A stretch of DNA of 63,406 nucleotides, counting the filler, from Chiloscyllium plagiosum (taxonomy: Eukaryota): assembly GCF_004010195.1 (NCBI RefSeq). It is 3 parts of one record of this genome, joined end to end, with 100 filler letters (N's around TTAATTAATTAA, not from the genome) between each part and the next. Parts side by side here need not be neighbours in the genome. Positions count along the whole stretch, not along the records: positions 24,364 to 55,229 come from NC_057710.1; 2 more parts are not named here. One strand, 5' to 3'. Position numbers and translations under genes: made by a program. The notes below the pieces were generated by a model, which saw only the letters and a program-made list of their open reading frames with translations, had not been told where the DNA came from and made no database searches. Positions 26,482 to 37,822 of this stretch are shown in pieces (position 1 is the first letter of the stretch; each line of letters starts with the position of its first letter).

Positions 26482-27130
26482 TAGAACATAGGAACAGGAG
26501 TAGGCCATTCAGTGCCTCAAACCAGTTCTGTCAGTTAATGACATCATAGCTGATCTGGCCTAACTCCATATATTTGCCTTTGGCCCATATCCTTAAATAC
26601 ATTTAGTTAACAAAAAACTTTTTATCTCAGATTCAAAATTAATAATTGATCTAGCATTAACTGTCATTTGAGGAGGAGAGTTCCAAACCTCTATCTCCCT
26701 TGTGTGTAGAAGTGCTTCCTAACATCTCTTCTGAATAGCATGGTCCTAATGCTGAGGCTATGACCCCTAGTTCTAGAATCCCCAACTTGTGGAAATAGTT
26801 TATCTTTATTTTCCTGTTAAAATCTTGAAGACTTTTATCAGTTCAACACTTAACCTTCTAAATTCAAGAGAAAACAGGCCTAATTTGTATAATTCTTCTC
26901 ATAACTTAACTCCTAAAGTACAGGCATCATGCTTGTAAACCTAAGTTGTACTCACTTCAAGGCCCAATATATCCTTCCTAAAGTATGGTCCCCAGATCTG
27001 CTCACAGTACTCCAAGTGGAATCATACCAGGATGTAGCATAACTGCAGCATAACATCTACATCCGTATTCTTCAGTCCTCTAGATAGAAAGGCCAGCATC
27101 CCATTAACTTTCTTGATTATTTTCAGCAGA
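26482..27130 (-). mobile_element. CR1-type LINE 3' portion
   Basis: tagaacataggaacaggagtaggcc tail; degenerate LEYC..WGPY motif on the minus strand. Confidence 0.75.
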
Positions 27131-28298
27131 TAGAACTAATAACACTCTGGTATGCTGACATCAATGTTACAATAAGATTGTAATGACCAGACCCTGCGCG
27201 ATCTTCTCCAACTTGTTACAGTTCCAGTCAGGATACACCAAATTGAAAACCTTTCAGGTGAGGAGGGATGAACAGGCTCCCCTTCTTTATTCACCTGATC
27301 TCTCATATGTTTGCAACACCTACAATGGACTCCTTCCCTTGAGGATACTTTTCTCCTAAACCACATAAACTTAAAAGGAACCAATTTAGCCAGACTTTGA
27401 GGTAAGAAAAAGTGAGTTTGTTAATGACTGAATTTCAGAAAAATTAGTAACACAACACACATATGCACACACAGATTGGAAGTAAGAGGTGAGTGTTAAA
27501 GGATAAACGTTTTAAAAATAAATACAGCTCGATCTCTGATATTTTTGCAATTAGCAGATGGTTGAACATTGCTATCATTGCAGTGGAGGCTACCAGTAGA
27601 GTTGATATTCGTAGTTGAATTGTCGGTTTCGCAATCCTTAGTTTTGTGGATTGGTTAGATTCTGCAGTTCTGATTCTTTTTGATTGTGATTGAATTTGAA
27701 TATTTAGGGGGAAAGAAAGTTCTTTTGTTGTACTATTTTCTTTTCTCTGGCTTCTAGCCAGCTGGGTTCCAGCACTCAGAGTGAGAGAATCTTTACCTGC
27801 AATGGATAGTTCTTCGACTGTGACCTTCACAATGACTTATGCTCAAATTCAGCCTGGTACACAAGAAACACTTAGTCCCTATCACATAGTCAGTAGAGTT
27901 GAAACTGCCTTTTAACTGCTGTCCTTTTGTACTCTTCAAAGGGAGAAGAACAAAATGTGTCTGCAATTTGGGACATAATCCACAAAGGGTAGTCTACCGT
28001 TGAGCAAGGGTAATCAGTCTCCCATTATCTTTGTAGTCACTGGTGATTCCAGATTTTGCAGAAGAATCTCACAAGAAGTCTGAGATGCCCTATTTTGATG
28101 TCAGAAGCAAGTAGTAGAATATTTTATGCAACTGCCAGGAACCAAGGGGAATTTGTCACTAGGCAGTGATAAATTGCCAATTAAGGAGGATTTTAAATTG
28201 TTAACCACCTTATTAATGGGAATAGGTGCATGTGTTGTAACCATTCACTGATGTACTTTGTAAGCTATGTCACAGATTCCTGTGCTTCCCTACATGAA

Positions 28299-28882
28299 TA
28301 CCGTATCCAGTATACTCCAGTAATAGTTAAATTTTTGGGCTACTTTTTAAGGTTAAATTTATGGGGTCAACCATTACATGGATACTATTTTTAAGGGGCT
28401 GAAATTCATGCCCAACAAAATTCATTCTGTATCATTAGCAGAAGCCCAAGTGAAGTCTAAAGGAATAAACAATAAATTATGGGAACTCTGAAAACCTGGA
28501 GTGGAACACCAAAGCCAGGGACTGGAAGACTGGGAGCAGAGCAGAACGACCAGCAGACTGGAAAGCTGGAGCAGGATGTGAAGGTCGGCACACTGACTAG
28601 TAAATGTTGATCTGTTATCTGTGAAGAACTAGGGTCAACTTTTACATGAGATATTTGGAAAATTCCAAAGTTAAAAATCACACAACACCAGGTGAGAGTC
28701 CAACAGGTATAACTGGGAGCTTTCCCAGCACTACTCCTTCATCAGGTGATTTGTAATTTTTAACTTTGTACACCCCAGTCCAACACCGGCATCTCCAAAT
28801 CATGGAAAATTCCAGATTATTTGGCCAAAAATAGGAGGTCGACTTTTACATGAGCTAGATTATTACACGAGTATATACAGTA
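28299..28882. mobile_element. pogo/Tigger-like MITE containing a family B PLE mini-element (28668-28802)
   Basis: Imperfect TIRs (gtatactccagtaata / tattacacgagtatatacagta); inner element has 12-bp TSD tggaaaattcca. Confidence 0.55.
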
Positions 28883-29204
28883 AATAGTCCTATAGCCCTG
28901 TGTGCCACCAAGTCATTCTCCAATATACATATACAGATGAGTAAACAAACAGAATTCGGGTGAAGATGAAGAAATTTTAAATTCCTGCAGGTATTCTCTC
29001 TCAATATGGGAACCATCAAACAATGAATCAATGTATGAAGATTAAACCAATCAACAACACAATGTAGTTTAGGAATCAGGTTAGGCCTTACCTTTGAAGT
29101 TACACTACAAATGTGACATGCGCTGAAGTGCGAACGTAGCCTCACAGTAAATGACAAGTAACACATTTAACACATTTTAAAAAGGGAAAGGGAAAGGTAC
29201 TCAC

Positions 29205-29267
29205 AAGGAATACTTAGCCATCCTTGTTCTTCCAGTAAGAACTTCAACCACACGCCATGGTTTAGTC
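29205..29267 (-). CDS. Candidate 63-nt exon: (G)LNHGVWLKFLLEEQGWLSIP (phase 1-1) or TKPWRVVEVLTGRTRMAKYS (phase 2-2)
   Basis: Minus strand: tttctactttctggagcattgcctttag|GACTAA...TTCCTT|gtgagta; length divisible by 3. Confidence 0.55.
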
Positions 29268-29370
29268 CTAAAGGCAATGCTCCAGAAAGTAGAAATCTGA
29301 CCGTTTAAAAAGTATAAACTTTTCATAAGCTGCTTTCCATATTTTCTTTACTCCTTTATTATATACCTAC

Positions 29371-29394
29371 CGGACTCCCAAGGTGTGGACTGTT
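29371..29394 (-). CDS. Candidate 24-nt exon: QSTPWES(G) (phase 1-1)
   Basis: Minus strand: catctacctcag|AACAGT...AGTCCG|gtaggt; 103-nt intron to the next candidate. Confidence 0.35.
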
Positions 29395-30427
29395 CTGAGG
29401 TAGATGTATTTTGGAATTGCCTTTGATAGTGACAGGGGTGCAAATATATTCTTGTCCTTACATTAAACATCCTCAATTAATACTCAATGGCAACAGAAAG
29501 ACTGTTCCCAGGAGCGACTATGACCCCAATGTATTGCCTTCCACCAATAGTTCAAGTGGAGGCTGATTTGATTCATGCAATAAATGATCTTACATCATAG
29601 CTCATGAAAGTAAAATTCATGAAATGAAGCTAAATAGGTTGCATGTTATTAAAAGAGGATGGAGCTGCCAATTCATGAATTCTAAGCCTCAAGTCATTTC
29701 TTCTGAACTACAAACCCAAGAAAGAATACTTATAACAAAACATCAAAAATATCCTTCCAGTCATGCAGGTCTTGATGATGATTTCATGCAAGGCTGCCAG
29801 GATCATCTGGGGAGCTAGTAAGAATCACTTTTCATTCCTAACTTTCTTAAAGTAGATTCGAATAAATGAGAAATGTGAATTCTTTGATAATATGATGAGT
29901 ATTCTTTGATGATGAGCATTTCCTAGCTTCAGGACATGTGGCATATTCCAACTGCTCTCTTTCACACATTATTTCAACAAATATCTGGTAGCTTATATTT
30001 TTGGAGCACCTAATGAGACCACTTAGAGGCTGGACTAGCTTATTCTTCCTCTAATCATCGATGATACAAGACAGGAGGAAGCTGCCAACAGAGACTGATC
30101 ATAGATCACAGATCCGGAAAGTGTGTTCACCCTACTATTAGAGTTAATTTGATCCTGTCGAAGGGTACAGACTGTATCAAGCTGATCATTCAAGAAAGAG
30201 TGTAGTAGACCCAGTAATAAGGGTTGTTAGAGTTGACATACATCACTAGAACACAGCTCTGGACTTTTGATCCCAAGGCATATACCATAAGATGGGAAAT
30301 TTCACACCTTGGAAAAACGTATCCAGGCTTTTACATTGCAGGACAGACTCAAGCCTACCATCCTTCAGATGTAGAGCAGAGGTGGACAAAAGGGATGACC
30401 AAGCATCTGGGCATGCTATTTAAAAGG

Positions 30428-30583
30428 AGAAAGTGAGGACTGCAGATGCTGGAGATCAGAGCTGAAAATGAGTTGCTGGAAAAGCGCAGCAGGTCAGGCA
30501 GTATCCATGCCCGAAACGTTGATTCTCCTGCTCCTTGGATGCTGCCTGACCTCCTGCGCTTTTCCAGCAACACACTTTCAGTT
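30428..30583. mobile_element. Fold-back PLE mini-element (family A)
   Basis: Inverted arms; perfect 16-bp TSD catgctatttaaaagg (30412-30427, 30584-30599). Confidence 0.85.
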
Positions 30584-30692
30584 CATGCTATTTAAAAGGC
30601 CTGGCTTTGTTCATTGGAAATTTACTTCAAATTTTGCTTAGAGATTCGGCTCCCTAGCCCCTGTCCTTTGTACTAGGCCACCTATCCACTCT

Positions 30693-32050
30693 GTGAAAGT
30701 GAGGACTGCAGAAGCTGGAGAGAAGAGTGGAGAGTGTGATGCTAGAAAAACACAGCACATCGGGCAGCATCTGAGCAGGAGAATCAACATTTCAGGCCAA
30801 AGCCCTTCATCAGGAATGAGGCAGTGAGCCAAGGGGGTGGTGAGATAAATGGGAGGGGGGTGGGTCTGGGCGGAAGGTAGTTGAGAGTGTGATAGGTAGC
30901 AGGAGGTGGGTATAATGGTGACAGGTCAGAGAGGAGGGTGGAGCAGATAGATGGGAAGGAAACTGGACAGGTAAGGACAGGTCATGAGGGCAGTGCAGAG
31001 TTAGAAGGTTGGAACTGGGATTAAAAGGTGGGGGAAGAGGAAATGAGGAAACTGGTGAAATCCATATTTATGCCGTAAGGTTGGAGGATCCCGAGCCGGG
31101 AGATGAGGTGTTCTTCCTTCCATGAGGGAGTGGCGATGGAGACAGCCCATGACCTGCATGCCCTTGGCGGAATAAGAGGGGGAGTTGAAGGGTTCAGCCA
31201 TGGGGCAGTCGGATTGGTTGATGTGGTTGTCCCGGAGATGTTCTGTGAAGTGCTCGTGAGTAGGCATATTGTCTTACCAATATAGAGAGGACCGCATCGG
31301 TAGCAACAGATACAGTAAATGACAGGTGTACAAGTGCAAGTAAAACTTTGAGGAATGCTCCTTTGCGGCCTTGGACAGAAGTGAGGGGGAGGTGTGGGTG
31401 CAGGTTTTGCAATTCCTGCAGTGGCAGGGGAAGGTGCTGGGAGAGATATGGACCTGACGAGGAAGTCATGGAGGGAACAGTCTTTACGGAAAGCCAATAG
31501 AGGTGGGGAGAGAAATATCTCTCTGGTGGTGGGGTCTGTTTGTAGGTGGCAGAAATGATGGACGATGACACAATGTTCAGAGAAACCTCGATTATCCAAA
31601 CAAGATGGGCGGGCATTATTTCTTTAGGATAATCGATTATTCGATTAATTGATTCAATGCCTCTCCTCTGGGGCTTGGAGTTTTTTTAAGTTTCCTTTTT
31701 CCTTTCTCTCTGTCTCTGCTCAGAAACAAACCCCAAAACACACTTGTGTGCAAGGGACCTGCAGCATTACTGAAACCCCCCTGCCCCAATCAGTTCAAAG
31801 GGATAAGTCTGCTCCCCTTTCAGGAGACTAGGCAGCAGCACGCTGCTCACGAGTCCCCATTCCCCCGTCTGCGCACCCAACTCCACTCAATTCTGTGCAG
31901 GAAGTGGATGAAATCTGCTCGAGGGCATCATCGACCACGTGGGAGGAGAAATTGCAGTCTTTAAAGAAGAAGGCCATCTGCGGTGTTCTGTGGTGGAACT
32001 GGTCCTCCTGGGAGCAGATGCAGCAGAGACAAAGGAATAGGGAATAAGAG
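30693..32050 (-). mobile_element. Penelope-like element (Neptune-type) 3' part, interrupted at ~31578-31890
   Basis: HLQTDPTTREIF; FTCTCTPVIYCICCYRCGPLYIGKT GIY-YIG region. Confidence 0.9.
31578..31890. mobile_element. Probable Tigger-like DNA transposon fragment inside the PLE
   Basis: Starts cagagaaacctcgattatcc (TIR-like) with repeated cgatta motifs; second TIR not seen. Confidence 0.4.
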
Positions 32051-32054
32051 ACTA

Positions 32055-32858
32055 CCCTCCCCACCCATCCGCTTTCTGTAAAGACCATTCCCTCCATGAC
32101 TCCCTCGTCAGGTCCATGCCCTGCACCAATCCAGCCTTCCCTCCCAGCACCTTGCTCTGCCACCGCGGGAATTGCAAAACGTGTATCCACACCTCTGCTC
32201 TCACCTCCATCCAAGGCTGCAAAGGAGCCTTCCACATCCAAAGTTTTACCTGCACTTCCACACGCTATTTACTGTATCCTTTGCTCTCAATGCAGTCTCC
32301 TCTACATTGGGGAGACAGGACACCTACTCAAAAAGCGCTTCAGATATCTCCGGGACACCCACACCAACCAATCCCACCGGCCTGTGGCCGAATACTTTGA
32401 CTCCCCTTCCCACTCTGCCAAGGACACGCAGGTCCTGGGCCGCCTCCATCAACACTCCCTAACCACTCAACGCCTGGAGGAAGAACGCCTCCTCTTCTGC
32501 CTCAGGATCCTCCAACTCCACAGCATAAACGTGGATTTCACCAGTTTTCTCATTTCCCTTCCCTCCACCTCACCTTGTTCAAATCTTCCAACTTGGCACC
32601 GCCCTCATGACCTGTCCATCTTCCTTCCCACCTATCCGCTCCACCCTCCTCTCTGACCTATCACCATTGCACCCATCTCCATCTAACTGTCACACTCTCA
32701 GCTATATTTCATCCAGCCTCACAACCTGCCCATTTATCTCACCACCCCAGGGCTCACAGCCTCATTCCTGATGAAGGGCTTTGGCACGAAACGTCGATTC
32801 TCATGCTCCTCGGATGCTGACTGACCTGCTGTGCTTTTCCAGCATCACATTCTCGACA
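32055..32858 (+). mobile_element. Penelope-like element (Neptune-type) 3' part, inverted relative to 30693-32050
   Basis: CHRGNCKTC; IYCILCSQCSLLYIGETG; hammerhead core ctgatga...gaaacgtc at 32768-32795. Confidence 0.9.
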
Positions 32859-34237
32859 CCCACCCACTCCCCATATCAGCCTTATGCACACCCGAAGCCA
32901 ACAACAGAAACCCATGAACCTTTATCCTTAAACCCTTTATGGCAACTTACCCAGTACCCACCATCAACAGACTTCAAGAGCCAATTTGAAATAAAACAAA
33001 ACAAAGGGTGAAATGTCTAATAGCACTTTCAACATATTATAAATGACTTCCAATCATGAAATCTCAGGTTAAAGTTACGGCAGTCATCTCTTTGTCACAA
33101 AGGAAGATGAAGTTTGTGACTTTTAGCTCTGTTACAGAGTCAATCCCTTGAATATGGTTTCTGAGCATGTACACACATTTAAAACTGTTTTGAAGTTTTA
33201 TTTCCTGATGATAATTCCTCAATCTTCTAAATTAGTCCCATGACATAAGACTCATTAACATGCAACATGCATTTTTACCAAATGCACTAAACAAACCAGA
33301 CACTGAGAATTCTTGATATGGAAGTCAAAGCAGTACCCTGCAGATGCATGCACCCTTAGTCCATGGGCATTGACATCCAATATCTTTCAATCCCTTGGAA
33401 TCCTCGTGGCACCTCACTGATTCAATTGCAGATTGCTTAGGAAGTACAGAGCTGCATTGCAGGACGCATTATTAACTAGTATGGTCAATTACACTATTTA
33501 GGTAGAAGAGAGTCAACAATTCCCTCTCATTTGACGCAAAACCTTCTGAGAGGTGACAGTAGAAAAGATTAAGAATAAGTCAGAACTACCTTGCAAGTTG
33601 ATCTTTTTCTGACTTCAGTACCTAGCCATGAATTTCATTGATAAGTCGGTAATCAGAAATGGTAACTACCACTTATAAATGTTAAAGATTGACTTTGAAG
33701 GAAATATTGCATCATGAATCTGCTAATGTCACATAAGTTGCATGTTAGTATCTTGTTCAGTCAGGATTTGGGTATTCTCACCTCTTTCCCACCAATTTGC
33801 ATAGCATACCAAGGAGATGGATACCAGCATTGCTGTCTCACTGTTTTTCTTTGAAGTGCCCTAGGGATAAAGGTTCACACATCTTTGTCCACCCATTTAT
33901 TGATTTTGAACGATGCACACAGTGTAATGACAGGGGGAAGTTGACTCCAAAGCATCTGGAATAGTTTCTTGCTTTCACAGGGTTATCAGTGGGTGATGAC
34001 GTTTGAAGTGAGGTTGAATAACCTGAAAGGACCTGAATCCAAATCCAGCACATCCTGACATTGATACTGAGTCAACAAGAAATACCCTCAAGAGTGGGAC
34101 TTCCTCATAAATAGTAACAAAACCACTGCACCACAATATCCCTTTAGAAAGTCAGGTTTCTGATCTTGTGACAATTTTATGGTTGGATGTGAAATCATAC
34201 TGTTAAATAAATGTCGCAACCTGTCAGTCACTTTACT

Positions 34238-35298
34238 GAGTCATGCAGCACAGAAACAGACCCTTCACTCCAATTCATCCACGCCAACCACAGAGCCATA
34301 GACATGGACAGCACAGAATTCAGTTCAACTTGTCCATGCTGACCAGATATTCTAAACTAATCTAGTCCCATTTGCCAGCACTTGGCCCATATTCCTTTAA
34401 ACCTTTCCTATTCATATACCCATCCAGGTGCCTTTTAAATGTTGTAATTATACCAGCTTTCACCTCTTCCTCTGGGAGTTTGTTGCATATACGTACGGCC
34501 CTCTGTGTGAAAAAGTTGTCCCTTAGGTCCCATTTAAAGTTTTCCCCTCTCACCCTTAACCTATGCCCTCTAGTTCTGGACTCTCCCACCCGAGGGAAAA
34601 GACCTTGTCTGTTTACCCTACCCAACCCCCGGTCACACCTCAGCCTCCGATATTCCAGAGAAAATAGGCCCAGCCTATTCAGCCTCTCCCTGTAGCTCAA
34701 ATCCTCCAACTCTGGCAACATCCTTGTAAATCTTTTATGAACCCTTTCAAGTTTCACAACATCCTTCCAATAGGAGGGAGTCCAGAATTGCATGCAATTT
34801 TCCAAAAGTGGCCTAACCAATGTCACAACATGACCTCCCAACTGCGATACTCAATACTCTGACCAATAAAGGAAAGTATACAAAAGGTCTTCTTCATTAT
34901 CCTATCTAACTGTTAGTCCACTTTCAAGGAACTATGAACCGGCACTCCAAGGTCTCTTTGTTCAGCAATGCTTCCCGAGACCTTACCATTAAGTGTGTAA
35001 GTCCTGCTCTGATTTGCCTCTCCAAAATGCAATACTTCACATTTATCAAAAGTAAATTCCACCTTTCACTCCTCAGCCCATTAGCCCATCTGATCAAAAT
35101 TCTGTTGTACCCTGAGGTAACCTTCTTCAGTGTCTACTACAACTCCAATTTAAATGCAATACTTCACATTTATCAAAAGTACATTCCACCTTCCACTCCT
35201 CAGCCCATTAGCCCATCTGATCAAAATTCTGTTGTACCCTGAGGTAACCTTCTTCAGTGTCTACTACAACTCCAATTTTGGTGTCAGCTGCAAACTTA
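34238..35298 (-). mobile_element. CR1 LINE 3' portion with an internal 127-bp tandem duplication
   Basis: RPLLENCMQFWTP; 35025-35151 is repeated at 35152-35278. Confidence 0.9.
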
Positions 35299-35299
35299 C

Positions 35300-37822
35300 A
35301 ATGCATAAAAAGAAGGACAAACCTGGCCAATGACAACCCCATCAATCAACTCTTGGTCATCAGTAAAGTGATGGTCAGCGTCTTCAGGAGTGCCATCAAG
35401 CAGCACCTGCTCAGCAATAACCTGCACAGTGACACCCAATGTCAGTTCCACCAGGGCCACACAGCTCCAGACTGCATGCACCCTTGGTTTAAACATGGAC
35501 AAATGAGTTGCATGCCAGAGATGAGATGAGAGTGACAGCTCCTGATATCAAGCTTGCATTTTACTGGATATGGCATGATGGCCTCCAAGCCCTCCGTTTC
35601 TTCATCTCCCGACGTCCCCAACAGTACCCTTCCACTGACACTCTCATTCGTTTGGCTGAACTGGTCCTCACCCTTAACAATTTCTCCTTCGAATCCTCCC
35701 ACTTCCTCCAGACAAAAGGGGTAGCCATTGGCACCTGTATGGGCTGCAGCTACGCCTGTCTCTTTGTTGGCTACGTAGAACTGTCCATCTTCCATAGTTA
35801 CACCGGCACCACTCCCCACCTTTTCCTCCGCTACATTGATGACTGCATCCGTGCCATCTTGTGCTCCCATCCCATTTTCTCAATTCCTCTGCCGTATCTG
35901 CTCCCAGGAGGACCAGTTCCACCACAGAACACACCAGATGGCTTCCTTCTTTAGAGACCGCAATTTCCCTTCCCACGTGGTATAAGATGCCCTCCAACAC
36001 ATCCCATCCACAACCCACACCTCCGCCCTCAAACCATAACAAGCACAGAACCCCCTGGTCCTCACCCTCCACCGTACCAACCTTTGCATAAACTGCATCA
36101 TCCACCGACATTTCCGCCACCTCCAAACAGACCCCACCACCAGGGATATATTTCCCTCCCCACCCCTTTCCGCTTTCCGCAAAGACTGCTCCCTCTGTGA
36201 CTACCTGGTCAGGTCCATGTCCCAACAACCCACCCTGGCACTGCAGGAATTGCAAAACCTGCGCAAACACCTCCTCCCTCACCTCCATCCAAGGCCCTAA
36301 AGGAGCCTTCCACAACCATCAAAGTTTCACCTGCACATCCACTAATATCATTTATTGTATCCATTGCTCCTGTTGCGGTCTCCTCTACACTGGGGAGACT
36401 GGACGCCTCCTCGCAGAACACTTTAGGGAACATCTATGGGACATCCTCACCAATCAACCCCACCGCCCTGTGGCCCAACATTTCAACTCCCCCTCTCACA
36501 CTACCAAGGACATGCAGGTTCTGGGCCTCCTCCACAGCCGCTCCCTCACCACCTGACGCCTGGAGGAAGAACACCTCATCTTCCGCCTCGGAACACTTCA
36601 ATCCCAGGGCATCAATGTGGACTTCACCAGTTTTCTTATTTTCCCTGCCCTCACCTTACCTCAGTTCCAAACTTCCAGCTCAGAACTGTCCTCATGACCT
36701 GTCCTACCTGCCAATCTCCCTTCCCATCTATCCTCTCCATCCTCCCCTCTGACCTATCACCTCCATCCCCACCCCCATTCATCTATTGTATTCTTTGCTA
36801 CCTTTTCCCCAGCCCACCTCCCCTCCCCCCAATTTATCTCTCCACCCTGGAGACTCCCTGCCACCATTCCTGATTAAAGCCTATTGTCCAAAACGCTGAT
36901 TTTTCTGCTCCTTGGATGCTGCCTGATGTGCTGTGCTTTTCCAGCACCACTCTAATCTTGACTATGGCATTATGGAAACCTAAAAAAATTGGAATCAATG
37001 GGTATCAGTGGGCAAACTGTCTGGTGGTTGGAATTATACTTGCTACAATGGAAGATGATCATGGTTGTTGGAAATCTGTCAGCTCAGCTCCAGGATATCT
37101 GTAGGAGTGTCTTAGTCCCAACTATCTTCAGTTGCTTCATCAATGACCTTTCCTCCATCATGTGGTCAGAAGTGGGGATATTCACTGATGATTGCACCAT
37201 GTTCAGCACCATTCCCGACTTCTCAGATACTGAAACAATCGATATTCAAATTAACAAGATCTGGGTAATGTTCATGCTTGGGTTGATAAGTGGTAAGTAA
37301 CCTCATGCCACACAAGTGCCCGGCAATGACCATCTCCCATAAGGGGTAATGTAACTATCTCTCTTTGACATTCAGTTTTTCAAAGTCACTGAATCCCCAT
37401 TATCAACATCCTGGGTGTTACCATTGACCAGAAATTCAACTGGACCAGCTGTATAAGTACGGTAGCTATGAGGACACGTCAGAGGCCAACAGGACATCAG
37501 CACGTAATTCACTTCCTGACTCCCCAAAGCCTATCCACCATCTACAAGGCTCAAGGCAGGTGTATGATGGAATAATTCCCACCTGGCTGTAATAACACTC
37601 AAGACGCTTGACACCATCCAGGACAAAACCACCCACATTTTGGCATCAAATCCACAAATACCCACTTCTTCCAAACTAATGCTGAGTAGTAGCAGTGTGC
37701 ACCACCTACAATATGCATTGCAAGAATTCACTAAAGTTCCATAGATAGCACCTTCCAAACTCACAATCATTACTATCTAGATGGATAAAGAGAACAAATA
37801 CATAGGAACACCACCATCTGCA
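35300..37822 (+). mobile_element. CR1-like LINE RT relic split by a Penelope insertion
   Basis: QFHQGHTAPD...DIKLAF, then SVLVPTIFSCFINDL...FTDDCT after 36961. Confidence 0.75.
35577..36962 (+). mobile_element. Penelope-like element (Neptune-type), RT C-terminus plus GIY-YIG, internally deleted
   Basis: FLQTKGVAIGTCMG...LRYIDDC; IYCIHCSCCGLLYTGETG; tatggcat repeated at both ends. Confidence 0.92.

Noticed and set aside
3495..29394. Assigning a gene symbol to the exon chain (faint resemblance to CAMTA CG-1 or ST7 segments)
   Set aside because: Only a few matching residues recalled from memory; not supportable
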